Of a stretch of 64,000 bases of DNA, positions 37,943-50,634 are shown piece by piece. Location of the stretch: the NCBI GenBank assembly GCA_037447605.1, contig CM074804.1:4875909-4939908 (forward strand), read 5' to 3'. This DNA comes from Zygnema circumcarinatum SAG 698-1b (lineage: Eukaryota; Plantae; Zygnematophyceae). A program made the translations under genes and the position numbers. The stretch's first letter is position 1; each line of letters starts with the position of its first letter. The notes beneath the pieces were generated by a model that saw only the letters and a program-made list of their open reading frames with translations, did not search any database and was not told the DNA's origin.

Positions 37943-38073
37943 CATGTCATGTCGTGTCATGTCGTGTCGTGTCATGTCATGTCATGTCGTGTCATGTCAT
38001 GTCATGTCGTGTCATGTCATATCGTGTCATGTCATGCCATGTCGTGTCATGTCATGTCGTGTCATGTCATGTC
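37943..38073. repeat. (GTCAT/GTCGT)n pentanucleotide satellite, about 26 units
   Basis: Directly visible; produces the spurious SCHVM/MTRHD ORFs. Confidence 0.95.
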
Positions 38074-38729
38074 CCTCGCCTTTTAATTTTCTCTCTTCCC
38101 TCTCTCGCCTGGTTTGTTCGCCACGGGGGGCTTTCGTGCGAGTTCCTCCAGTCCCTTGTGGAATTTTTTTCGCTCAAGGTATGGTCTGATCGATGCGATA
38201 CTGTACTGAACATTACCATCATGTCGTACCGTCAGGGCAAAATGTTACGTCAGTGAAACGAGAACAGCCAGTTGATCCTTGCTTACTATTTGGGACTCAA
38301 TACATCACTATTCGTCTGCCTTCAATATTATAGCAGCTTCAACACTAGGCAGCCAAGGTGGCTTCAAGCGCATCAACATTTGACAAAACCGCCCTTGCAA
38401 GAAAACCTACAGAACTACGCTCACCTACTTCCACAATACATGACAAGAACGCCTTGCTGGAACAACCACGAGGCTGAGGCTGCACCTGCAGACCTGATTT
38501 ATCACCTTTCCTCTCCCCTCTATACAAACCAAAACCTAGGTCAGGCACTGCTGACAGTGCATGGAAGGGGAGATTCTCACTCTACACCCGAACGATAAGC
38601 TCGGTGGAATCACTTTCAAATCACATATGGCTCTTGGAGGTGCTCCTTAGAGCTGAAACCTACGCTACACGAATCCTGAACTACACATCCACGCAACACG
38701 TTCCACATACCCTTAAAAACCCTAAAGAT

Positions 38730-41700
38730 TCATTCAATGTATGCGACCAGCACAGTGATGTCGTCTTTCTTGCCGCCATCGTGCTGCTGTCCAGCTGCCA
38801 GCGCATTCTCCCGAAAGGGCGTGCTCCCTGAAGCCATGCTCGACTGCTTCTGTGCCACAAGGGCCAGCTGCTTTGATGCCACCTGCGGGGGCAGCCATCA
38901 CCATGCAGAAGATTCAACTCTCCTTTCCTAGGACGAGCTATCTCCAAAACCCTTTAAAAAGTCACCATTTCTCTACCAGATGGAGTGTTTTCCTGAGAAA
39001 CGGCCAGCTATCCCCAAGACCCTTCAAAAGCCACCATCTTTCCAACAGATGGAATGCTCCTACTCGGATTGGATTGACACGGTTGAGAGTGGGCAGAATT
39101 CACGTGATGCTTATCAGTGCTCTTCCCTACCTCTGGGCCTTTGCCCTCACAAAATGCTTGCGTGAGGGTGCCTGCGATGACATCTTCAAACACATTATCA
39201 AAGAGGCCATCTGTGCCCAGCAACAAGATGTCCTTGGGTTGCACCTCCACCTCATACACCTGCATGCACCTCCGGGAACCCGTAACCTAAAGAGTTAGCA
39301 TAAGTGACTTCCACGGTGAAGTTTCTTCTTGAACATTAACCTAAGAGGACCACTCCTCCCTCCTCCCAACTCAATACTAAACAGATTTTGGTAAAAGAGT
39401 GTTCAAGAGTTAAGCAACCCTTCTCTGAGGTAAGCTACTCCGGAGCTCAGCCCCTCCTTTCAGCTAAGCCAATTCACACCTTGTTCAAACAGCTTAATGC
39501 AAAATATTGCATCTAACCATAACAGTGTTTTTAGAGAGAAGCCGTTACAGACAGGGCAAATTGAACCCCTGATCAGGATCTCAAACAGAACGCTGGTGAG
39601 CATCTTGTTCTGTGAATAGGATGACATTAAAGAACATCCGTTCTACCTCCACCTTCTGACAAAAGACCATGATACAAGGTTTGACTCTCCAAAAGTGGCA
39701 GCACGTGACAGTTCATACTACAAGCAGTCTAACCTCCAACGACCTATCCTCCTCTCTCGTAGTGTGCAAGGAGCCTGCTTGCCTCAGTCACTGAAGGGTC
39801 ATCCCCCCCACTGGTGCCGATCTGGAACGGCATGTTGAACGAGTGCTGCATGGAGCGGGATCGTGTCAACAATTGACCCGCCCGGATCAACGCAAATCCG
39901 CTATCCCCAATATTGGCTACCCGAAGAACCTGCGCCAACCGCACTTTCCTTTCCTTTCACGTACATGCAGCACGGACCCAGTAGTACGTAGTAGCAGTAG
40001 TAGTAGTAGTAGTAGTACAGACTCAGTACTGCCCTCATTTCAAAGCAACAGCAGCCGCATTTCGGTGACTCCCCACCCCCCCCCGAGCAAGGTCCGCCCC
40101 GGCCCCCACCTGTCCATGGAGCACGGCCACCGTTGCCGTACAGGAGCCCTGAAGGTCGGTGCGGCTATGGCTCTCCTCTATGACTGCTTTGGGGTCAAGG
40201 CCCACCTCCCCGCTGCGGATAACCTCCTTGCAGTTCCACATGAGCTCCCGCGAATAGAGGCCCGAGTTTACACCTGTGTCGTGAGAGACGTGGCCAATTG
40301 AGGGGAATGAGATGTATTCCAGACAGCTGGTGCAGGAGTAACATATAGACATTGTGATTATTGAGAAAAGGAACATGAAGTGAGATAAAGAAACGGGACT
40401 CACAGGAAAATTATCAGCCTCCCCTTTTACAGACTCTGACGCACGCAATACACGCGTGAAGCGTTTTCTACAGGTGCGCCTGGAAAGGTTGCATGCTGCT
40501 AAGGAACGCAAGCAAACGCTAAGAACGCAAAAGACCAGGACCAACTTCCCTTACTCCTTCATAGCTCCTTCATCGTCCAAGAAAGAAGACAGAAAGCATC
40601 TACATATGCATTTTTCTCAAGCTGCAGGATAAATTTTCACCATGAATTTCTTGTTTTCCGATTATCCACACAACAAAGGGCAGCCTGCTTTCAGGTGGCC
40701 ACTCCCCCACCTAATTCTGCCCAGCCGCTGATGCCATCAGCGACTCCTACCCAGTTGTCCAGAATGAAGTGTGCATCCTCCCCACCTCGCTGTGCCTGAC
40801 AGGCCCTCACGCCACAACAGAGCATGAATCAGCACTCGCATCTAAAGCATGTCCATCGCACGGATGTCATCCCTAAGCCACTTGTCGCACAATCCCCTAT
40901 CTAGATTGCAACAAAAACAAACAAACAAATGTTGAAAATGCGAAGGAAGCCTGCCGTCTCTTTCCTGTCCACTCCGCCGCTAGTCGTGACAAGAGGTCCC
41001 AGAAGGCTTCCTGGTTGCTTCTAGAGTGACCTATAACGACAGCAAAAGATTTCTTTTCCCTTTTATGGCTTTTTTGTAAAAGACTTTCCTTCTTTCACAT
41101 TCGTCAACCGTGCGAAGAGTAAAAAATGTTACAACTGAAGACTTTAGCCATCAAATCAAGATCTAACGTACACCACGAAAAACAACAGTTGAAAGAAAAA
41201 GAAAGAACATGAAGGATAGATTTGCCCTCCTTCTGTTCAACAGAGGCTGCATTTCTTAATTCATATTCTACTCTGAAGGAGGGACATATTTGTATGCATA
41301 GGGTCTACATCAATACCATATCCACACGCCCCTCTTAGATTATCTGACTGATTGCAAGCTTGTTCAAACTCCCTTTCGTTCTCCAAATAGTCTATCCCCT
41401 TCATGGTTGAACGAGTCCACAGCTTACCCTTGACGGGTGAGGGATGCAAGATGCCGCCGACTCTAGCCGCAACGGGCACTTCTCCACAGGATCATCATCC
41501 TCTCTGCATATGTGTCCATTTCATAAAAAAATCAGTCCGCCGTCGTCCAGAATGTTCCACACGAGAGCAATCTTCAAGATCATCATAGAGATTAAATAGC
41601 TTTTTTGTTCAACAGACATAAGCTGGCAGGAAATCGTCAATACAGGCCCGTTTCTTGCACGAAAAAGGAAAAGGGTAACAAAATTCCGCATAATAGTGCA

Positions 41701-44497
41701 ACAGAATCATGTCGCAGAGTTCACTGCCAAATAAGCACACAGTAGGACAGGCTATGGGACTACATGATAAACTCTGCCGGACAAGAGCCTTGCACTAGGA
41801 AGTGTAAATAAGGACATAACATTCTTACCACTTTACACCTCGAAATTCTTACACTACAGACCTCTTTTGTCAATCTTCGAGTTCCACAGGACATTGACTG
41901 ATTCCAAATATCTGAGTCGAAGGTTTACCGCTTTCACTACAGCTTATCTCTTGATTGTTTCTGATTCATCGTGTCAATGTTTGTTTTACTCCCTGCTACA
42001 AAGTTGCAGGAGAGCATAATGTTTCCTTTTGCCCCACAGCTTTCCCCACTATTTTTGGGCTTTTGTAGACAAGTTCTAAACTCTGTGACTGTAAGGAACA
42101 ACTGCCACGTAGAACAACGACAGCAACAGGAACAGCTGCAGGTGACGAATGACATGTAAAACGTAACATGCCCTATGGCAGTCAATTCTCATCTTGCTAA
42201 GGGATTAACAAGAGAGCAGTTTTTTTCTCAAGAGCCCGACTCTGCCTCGTAAGAAATATGGCTTCAAACTTTGTAACTTACTCAGTAAGAATACACTCAT
42301 CCGCCACAAACGGACCTCCCTCCTCGATGAATTGGGCCTCCTGCAATGCACATACGACGCCGGAATGCGACGTCAACGAATGGACATCACAGGAGGAAAA
42401 AACCAAGGTAACTATGACATCGCAAGATTGAAGGAGAGGTCAGGATGAGTACGGGACAGGTTGGTATTGTAGTATTTCAAAAATTCATAAAATTGAAAAA
42501 GAAGAAGAATTGAAGTAGAAGAATTGCAGTCCTATCTTTCCCTTTACCTTCACAAAAAATCACACGGAGAAACAAAACTAGCAGTTTTCCTTTCTTTAGT
42601 TGACACGACACGCGATCGTCTTTCTTGGACACATTTTGTGCCACTGCGTAGCTTGTGAGCACGTGAACACCCAGAATGCCCAAACATCTCAACTGGCAAC
42701 TCACACAGACCTATGCTAACACAGATGCCACGTCACTTGGCAGCAAACAAAACTTTAGTACCTCAGAAGCAAGTGCACCCTCTCCATCTTCACGACTATT
42801 TCCAAGAGGCCACTCCTCCCCTTCACTTTCAATCTCAGCCGCAGTAGCCCCATTGGAAGCGAAAGTCCAGTTGACTTCTCCGTCCCCCAAGTCCGCTTCT
42901 GCCCTCTGCAGCTGCTCTTGTTCAGACCGTGCGCCATACTTGAAAAGGCGACTTCCATCCTCCAGTTCTGTCAACACTCAGGTATGGAGGATACAGAAAA
43001 TTAGCGCCCTCGGTATAACTGGCATATCGTTGCTTGAAATAAGGCAGGGGCTTCACCGCATAGCTTGCAATACAAAGGCCTGATTTTGAAGACGTGCATG
43101 GGGATCACTGAGCAATAGGCTACAATGCTGGAACAAAAACTCAAGGTCTGCACGCTCCTGTCTGATGTTGTTAACCAACCATGCCTCACACAGCTTCAGA
43201 GAAGTTCGATCTCTCCAGTGGGTGTACCATTGAGCCAAGCCGCATCCCCAAAATTCCATGATATACTACGATAATGTCTATTTTTTGTGGAGTCTCTATA
43301 TTACGGCGTGTCAATCTTAACGTTTCCCGAAAACGAAGAAACTAGTACATATATTCCGCGAATAAGTTAAGGTGTAAAGGCGAAATGGAAAGTACAGTTT
43401 TCGAAGCAAATCACGAAATGTCAAAGATTGACACGCCCTATTGTGGGTATTTTGTGATTCGGATTTTGTGAGCAAACTCTCTCGTGCTTTCCATTCAAAA
43501 CGAGGACACCCGCAGAAGAGGTGTACGCAACTCTTTCTCTTCCATTGCTCCTATTGTCCACCGCGACTCCGTCGCTCCTCTCTCTAAGCTTCTATGAATA
43601 AAAGGAACAGCTCAAATATTTCGCAAAACACATTCCAAGACGATATCTTTTGCACACCCGACCAAACCTTACGTCCAAGCCCATGCTCTCTAAATATTTT
43701 CTGTTCACGACTCGCAACGGCGACGCAGTAGTCAGCACAACAAGCTGACGACTACTATGAGACTCCACGCCCACAACTTTAAAACCAGGTAACCCCTGCC
43801 AAATGAATGCATGACCGCTGGAAAAACTCAATCAAGCGGCTTAAATATCTCCTTGCAAATCATGTCTACCTCCCCTCCAATGAGGACGATTGCTAAGTTC
43901 TTCCGTAGCCACCCCTACCTCTCATCCCTGTCCGTTTTCCCTTTCCAACAATCGTCAGCGATGGAATATACCTGATCCAAGCAGCAATGCTCCAAAGTCC
44001 TCTTGATAGCCAAAACTGCACTCTAATCTAACCAATGAAATCCCTAACGAAGAAACATCCCAGCTTCAATTTTACTCTTGGTCAGAGCAAGCCCTGCTGT
44101 AGACCATTTGCCTTCAATTTCATCCAGTCTGTCCGTCACTCACTGGATAGCTGAAAAAGTGCATTTTGGAGGAGTACGAGCAGCCACCATCCCCGCGCTT
44201 CATTGGAGGTGCTAACACTCAAAGCAGTCACTCACCTTCCACAGCTAGCAGCACACTTGCATGCGCACTCCCTGAAGAGAACACGACGTCTGCTGTCGAC
44301 GCAAGCGGGCGTGCAAGCGGCCGTATTTGTTGCGCCTTTCTGTGTTCCAAAAACGAGGACTGCCGAATACATGTCCCTCGAAACCCTAACATCGAAGTTT
44401 GAGTCTCCGAAAAAAAAGCAGAATTCCCTCTGGACTTTCCCTCCACTCTGCACGGCAGCCATGGAGAGAGACGAGGATGGAACAAGGCACACGCCAT
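38730..44497 (-). CDS. PTC7-type (SpoIIE-like) protein phosphatase 2C, probably plastid-targeted
   Basis: Exons 44497-44236, 42967-42762, 42340-42282, 41503-41428, 40795-40711, 40273-40110, 39929-39783, 39259-39131, 38882-38730. Motifs IPHPSR..GGEDAHF, GVADGISGW, GSCTATVA, ANIGDSGF, MQHSFNMPFQIG, GTDGLFDNV, GGKKDDITVLVA. The N-terminus is rich in Ser/Arg/Ala like a transit peptide. One intron is GC-AG. Confidence 0.9.
38936..39061. repeat. Degenerate 70-bp-period tandem duplication in the last PP2C intron
   Basis: agctatctccaaaaccctttaaaaagtcaccat...cagatggagtg versus agctatccccaagacccttcaaaagccaccat...cagatggaatg. Confidence 0.75.
39981..40017. repeat. (GTA)n microsatellite in a PP2C intron
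   Basis: Directly visible. Confidence 0.9.
43304..43438. mobile_element. 135-bp MITE-like element in PP2C intron 1 (TA-flanked; Tc1/mariner- or Harbinger-type)
   Basis: Perfect 14-bp inverted repeat GGCGTGTCAATCTT (43305-43318) / AAGATTGACACGCC (43424-43437). TA lies on both sides (43302-43303, 43439-43440); the outermost base pair is mismatched. Confidence 0.65.
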
Positions 44498-44840
44498 GGG
44501 CGTCGCCACGACGGTGCCTGAAAGCGCACCACGCAAGTGAAATTCCTCGTGGTCTCAGTACTTCTAGACCCGTGTCCTCGTGCCCGCGACTGCTCCTGCA
44601 GACGCGGAGCTGCGAGGCTCCATGGCTCCCCTCGCCTAGGAGCGGTGCAAGGGGAGGCGCCTGCAGCCAGGCAGGCGGGCGGGCAGGCGGGCAGGCGGGC
44701 AGGCGGGCGGGGGGGGAGGGAGGGAGGGAGGGCGAGAGGGAGGCCGGGCAGCGCCGTACGGCGCAGTGCGCGGGGGCGAGCGCGTCGCGTTCTACGGAGG
44801 CGGCCCGCAGGGAGCGCCCCGCCCGGCCCTGCCCCAATGG

Positions 44841-44865
44841 CTGACTGACTGACTGACTGACTGAC
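44841..44865. repeat. (CTGA)n tetranucleotide repeat within the GC-rich PP2C promoter
   Basis: ctgactgactgactgactgactgac, next to CCAAT and GGGCGG-rich tracts. Confidence 0.85.
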
Positions 44866-45688
44866 GGGCTGACGGGCTCTGGCTTGCCGCGGGAGGTCGA
44901 GGAGGAGAGAGACATGGGCATGGAATGCGGACATGGTGATGCGGCGCATGTGAGCATGTGACATGGCCACATGACATGGCTCGTGGAAACACGGCACAGG
45001 CATGAGGCGGGCGGGTCACCTCAGGCCTAGAGTCGGAGTTCCGCTCACAGCCGTTCTGACGTTCATAAGTCTCTTCTGACCAATCCAAATTTATTCTGTA
45101 CCGTATTTTCTCTTTGTCTACGTACATTTGGTGGCATTGCTATCACTTTCACGTTCTTGGTGTGCCTACCATGTTACGGCTCGGGACCTTGGACTCACAT
45201 TCCTGCACAACCTTGTCGGGCTTCCTATTCATGGTGTGGTCGATTAGTAGGGCATTCTGCGTCGAGATACAACAAGACATGCAGAAATCATGTGCCGGTT
45301 AAAACTGCACAAACATCAGAGACGACTAGTTTGTTCATCAAACCATCCATTTTGTGCCATAAAAACAGGCTACACATAGCTTCATTCAGAATACCATCCA
45401 TTCATAGTGACGAACAAGATCATAAAATGAGCATTAGACCTACTTCCATTATTATTCATTCTAATACAACTTGGCATAGACTTGCGAGCTCCATTTCGTG
45501 ATCATTTCGGACACCATTGACTGCTATACAATATAATGCTGCCCCAAAAAAATTACGGACGACTAATCCTGAAACCGTGGCTACCTCTATACACTACATG
45601 CAAGAACCTGCTCCCTGTACACTATACACAGACCCAGCTTTTGCTGGCAAACTATTCGGCCTCTTGCAGGTTCCTCGAACTCGACTAC

Positions 45689-48600
45689 CTAACAGACAAA
45701 GGCCAAGGCCAGTCTAAGCATGCTAACCGCCCCTACTGCCAGCGATAGAGATGCCGCCGTAATCCCTATGAACTGGAAAACAAGACCCGCCCGCCCATCC
45801 CCACTTTTGCAATGGCATGTGGCTTCCATGGCGACCTGCGACTCTCCCACTGACTTCGACTTTGGGTAAGGATGGCTACCTAAGCCACTGATCTCATTAT
45901 CAATGGCATGTTTTTCAAGTACTGGACAAAACTGTGCTCCAGTGAGAAAGCCTGGAAGCTGAAGGGCGCCTATTACCCTCCTTCGCAGGCTTTCAGCAGG
46001 CAGGTTGTCAGTTATTCGCGATGAACTTCTCTTTCCAGTTGATGCCATCCCTAGTGATTTTGGCGCAGACTGGGTCAGAGGATAAGCACACTCCTTTATT
46101 TCCCCCTCAGAAATTATTGACTCGTCTGCCTTAACAGCTGCTGCGGCTCCTGCAGAATCGGGTCGTGCAACCTCCAAAGAATTGACGGCTGTATCATTTA
46201 TGCAAGAAAGGGACCGCTTTGGCTTCCACAAAGTCAAAATTCTTCCAATAATGCGAACCACAGGTCCTGCAGTCACTTGACCTACACCAATCAAAAGACA
46301 GCCCAAAAGACTCGAGTCGTCATAAAGTATACATTTGCGCTCTCTATGCTGTCGTCGTATGATGCAAAAAAGTTCTGCTCATAAGCCTTGGCCTACAACA
46401 GCAGCACGTACATAGAATGCGACAAAGATAACGGCATCATCAGAAGGGGTTAGAAGTCTACCTTTTGTGGGACTGCTCTTTCCTTGCTCATTTAATTCAG
46501 GACTAGTGCCGTCCATTAGCACCTGTCCTCCACGAGAATCCCTGAGGATGCTTAAGGCCTCCAATTGATGATCTACCTGAAACCAACATAAATGTCGACA
46601 GCACTGCTGTCTCAGAAAAATAATTACACAAGCGGGATTAATATATACCACAAAATGCGGCGTTTCTAAGTAAACACCTCACACTCCTCAACTTGACTCC
46701 AACCGCTGGGGAGAGAAGCCAGAGCAACAAAACCTGCACAGAAGTTATAAACTTAAGCAAAAGATCGGCATGAAACGATCACAAATATGGAGTCCCTTCG
46801 TCAAGTCAAACTGTGTGATTTAGGGATGTCCATTTCATATGTTGGTTCATCGTTATTAATGGACGGGATTGTGAAAGTGTTTAGTCGACGAATTTTTGGG
46901 ACATCCTTGCTGCACAAAGCAGCTGCGAAGAGCGCCTTGGGGAGCCAAATGGCAGGTGTCAGGTTCTTCGCGAAAAAAGGCATCCAGCCTCCGCTGACCA
47001 TCATCCACGTACCTCTCTGCTTACGTTCCGTTCTTTTAATTTTCCCGATTGAGCGTTGCTAGAACTGAAAACTTCAGCCCATCGAGCCTGAACCTCAATT
47101 GCTGGTTTCTTCTCATCCATGCTCTCCTCGCCACCTTCAAATCCATACAGGCTTGCCAAATTTCCTGTCAGCTGCCCTGTAACAGAACTATGGCGTTTCC
47201 ACGGCTGCCGTGCCATCAAACACGTAAATTTGGATTCCTGCTCTCCATTGAACGACGAAAACGCCACATTGTCGTCATCTGGATTGACCCCTCCTGTGCT
47301 CACGTCAGTCGCTGCCTCAACTGAAGAGGCCCCTTGCATTCTGTCAATATTCAGCCCTGTTGATTCTTGCGAAGCACCCACAGCTTTGGGTCTGCGAATA
47401 GCCATTCTGATACGTCGGGGTGGAGCCTCAACAAAGACTGCCCTGTCTCCAACAGGACGAACTCCGCCAGCACGAGGTCGCACGCGAATCCGCGTATTCT
47501 CTAGCGTAGAACCCTCTGCCGCCACCTGCTCGACACTTTGAGACAGCAACTCAGGCTGGATAGATTTGGCTTGGAGAACCTTCCCTTCGTTAGGCCAGTT
47601 GTTGGTCACTCCTAAAACATGCCCTTCTGACTCAGAAAGCATGTCCGTCAACCAGGTGGTATCTGCAGCAGCACAGAGCATTTCAGCTTGTGCCCCCTCC
47701 AGTCCATCCTCAAAAACTTTAACATCTTGGCTGTCTGAGAGAAGCCAAGCATTCATCGCTGCAAGCCTGGCATCTCTAGAGTCATCCTCGACCTCCAAGG
47801 CTCCAAGTTGACCGAAACCATTGCAGTCGCCACCGACTCCATCCTCAACAAACGCGTCGGGGAAGCCGCAACCGTTTGCTGCAGTAGCAGGCGATGCTGT
47901 CATTGACAGATTGTAGGAAGCATCAATAGGATTCCAAAGAAAATCCTCTGCAGAACCCGAAATGTTTGAAATATTTGGCTGTATGCCGCCGGCAGCCGAC
48001 ATTCCAAAAAACCTCTGCAAATGCAAAGCCAGTAAGACATCAGATGAAAGCACGAACAACAACGAAGGGCTTTTTTACCCAGCATAAAAACAGGCTGCTG
48101 CAGACAGGCAACTTTACCTGGTCTTCCAATGCGCTGGACGAAAGCAGTGGCCCAGTATCAGCCATGCTGTGGGTAGATTCAGAAGTATACCCTTCGAACG
48201 CCAACAATCCATGAATTTTTGCAGGTGTCTTATATTCAAACAAATCTTCTCCTTCAGGAACTTCAAGAGTTGAGCTGTTCCAGTCAGCTGTCATCGGCGT
48301 CTCCCCAACAACGACTTCCCCACTCTCATCCTGATCTACCCCGCTGCCAGGGGACGCAGCGCCCGAATCACACACACTGGAGGCGCCCATCTTACCAACG
48401 ACCACATTCGAAGTCCTTCTCTGACCGCCATGGAATTCCTCCTCTGTTGCCACAGAAGGCGACCCGCATTCCTCCTTGCTCTGGTCCTTAGACTGTCCTG
48501 AACCCTGTACGTTTAGCCCTGCCGCTGGACCAGTGTCCTTCGCTTCTCCTTTCTTGTTAAATATCCGGCACAAGACAAAGGAGTCCTGATCCCAACACCC

Positions 48601-49655
48601 ACCACAAAACGAATCAGCAAAACGGAGAAGAATCTTGCATCCCCTGTCGACATAACAAATTGGTCACTGGTCCCGACGGCTATAGCAAAGAGAGCGGCAA
48701 GGAGCTTCATCTTGCAGTGTTGAAGAACATACTGCAACGCTCAATACTAGCCAGCAGTTGCTCCTTCCTAAAAGCATATCCAGCTAGAACTTTTAACAAA
48801 GTATTCACCTGTCCTGCCACTGTTTCCCCGTTCGAAGCCTCCAATCTGTATTCGTGCATTATCCAATCTGTCCGGATGCCCTTTGGAGCCCGGCCAATGT
48901 AAAACACCAGAGTCTTCTTCAGGCCTGCCAGAGGGCCCCTGGGCCGTGAATTCACCAGGCGGTCCTTACCTGCAGAGGTGTCAGATGTAAGAGTGAAAAA
49001 ATATTCATCAAGAATGAGAAGGAAATGGAAAAGCGAGAAGATTGACTCGGTGAAAGGTGCGGGCGCTGCGAGACACTACCATGACAGGCAGACGAGAAGA
49101 TATGTACTCAAGAAAGCTGTCACTGGTGAAGTTTGCAATACAAGAATATGCATGTAGCAGGAGGACAGGAGTAGAGGGAGTGAGCGGAGGAGAGTTAAAG
49201 CAAAAAGAGGAAGAGAAGAGGCAAGCGGAGCATGCGCAGAGAAGGACAAAACACTTACCGGTAGCTTTCCAATAGCCCTTCTCTGTAGCTCGGTTAGTTC
49301 GGCCACCATTCGGATATTTACGGTCACGTGGGCTGAAGAAGTACCACTCATTCTCAGTCAAAGACGATTTATCTGCAAAAGATGAATAGCATGCAATGAA
49401 TAAATTGGAACAGAAATATGCAAAAAACGACAAGCTGTAAGGATACAAGCATGATCAAACTACTAATTCATGCTGGTACAGAATACAAGAAACGGCAATT
49501 TTACCTGATACATCCCAAGGTTCACATTTATAAAGGTCAACTTCCGGAATGACATTGCCCTCGAACTCTTGGTTGGTAACTTTGCTCTTCAGATAGTAAA
49601 ACACCAGTTCCTCGTCTGTGGGATGAAAGCGGAACCCGGGCGGATAGGGCGCCAT
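45689..49655 (-). CDS. NAC-domain transcription factor with a predicted C-terminal transmembrane anchor
   Basis: Exons 49655-49505, 49372-49259, 48969-48809, 48585-48118, 48014-~47010, 46576-46462, 46281-45689. NAC subdomains [84 protein letters not shown]. The last two exons join in consistent phase and end [35 protein letters not shown] domain is high confidence; the 3' exon chain is moderate. Confidence 0.85.
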
Positions 49656-50265
49656 TCAAGTAGAAGTAACTATTTCCCACCAGCTGCTCTCGTGTTGAGC
49701 AGGAACGAGTATTGTCAATACGCCGCAAATGCCTCAGCAACCAATAGCCAGCTTCCGCGTACTGGAAAGTCACTTAGTTCAATAAAAGACCTGCAAGCAC
49801 AAGTGCGCAGTTCCAATCAATGAAGGAAACATAGGCGGCACATGTTCAGCCCATCTATCCAGGGGAGAAAGAAAAGCATTCAATCGAATGGGATAGATAT
49901 TTTCTGGCGCAATAGGCCAAAGACTCAGCACCTGCAGGAACTATGGAGACTGTACAAGAGACCCTACATTAGAGCAGTACGCGGTAGCTAAAGCAACGCC
50001 TCCTGACGACCATTCAAATTCCTCAACAATTTTAGCCGCAATCAAAAAGTCATGCTTAAAAGTCCATACGTCGCCCACTTGTCAATGCGTCTTCAAACTA
50101 CCCGTTCCCCCTTCCGCTGCCCCTCCAAATCCGCGATATTCCCCTTCCCCTCCTGTTCTCCAGACGCGTGCTAGCTTCCATCCGCCATAGCTTCCGCCTG
50201 ATCCTCCTGTTCTCCGTCCCTCTCTCCTGCCCGCCAGTGACGCCCGCGAAAGCTCCTCCCCCCCC

Positions 50266-50634
50266 TTATAGGCGGAGGCCCGCGGGCGTCCAAATGCGAT
50301 TTATTCCACGAATCTGGCGCCAATCACCGTTCCTCCAAAATTCGCACTTTTAGAGTTCGATTTGGACCCCTCTAAATAAATGCGGTAAAAGGGGTACGGG
50401 CCGTTCTTGGAAGGTTCCTCCCGCGGCACGCGATTGGCTAGCGGCCGCGACGCCGTTTGACCACCGCCCTCCCCGCCGGGCGTGGCTTGGGGGCCACTCC
50501 ACGCATCCCATTGGTCGGCTGACATGGCAAAATCTTTTCACACGCGGCGGGGCGGCGTGGCGCGTCCACGTCACGCCTTTGCGCATGTCTCGGATATCCC
50601 TGATTGGTAGAGGTGGCCTTGCGCGCCACGTGTC
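50266..50634 (-). promoter_or_regulatory. Putative NAC promoter: TATA-like box, CCAAT boxes, ABRE/G-box and an overlapping MDM-like motif
   Basis: TATAA (minus) at 50270-50266; several ATTGG/CCAAT; GACACGTGGC (minus) at 50634-50625; CTTGcgcgcCACG at 50618-50630. Confidence 0.55.

Noticed and set aside
36706-38256. Multiple 100-200 aa ORFs with WHGMA, CHAMP or SCHVM repeats
   Set aside because: These are translations of pentanucleotide microsatellites and GC-rich promoter DNA.
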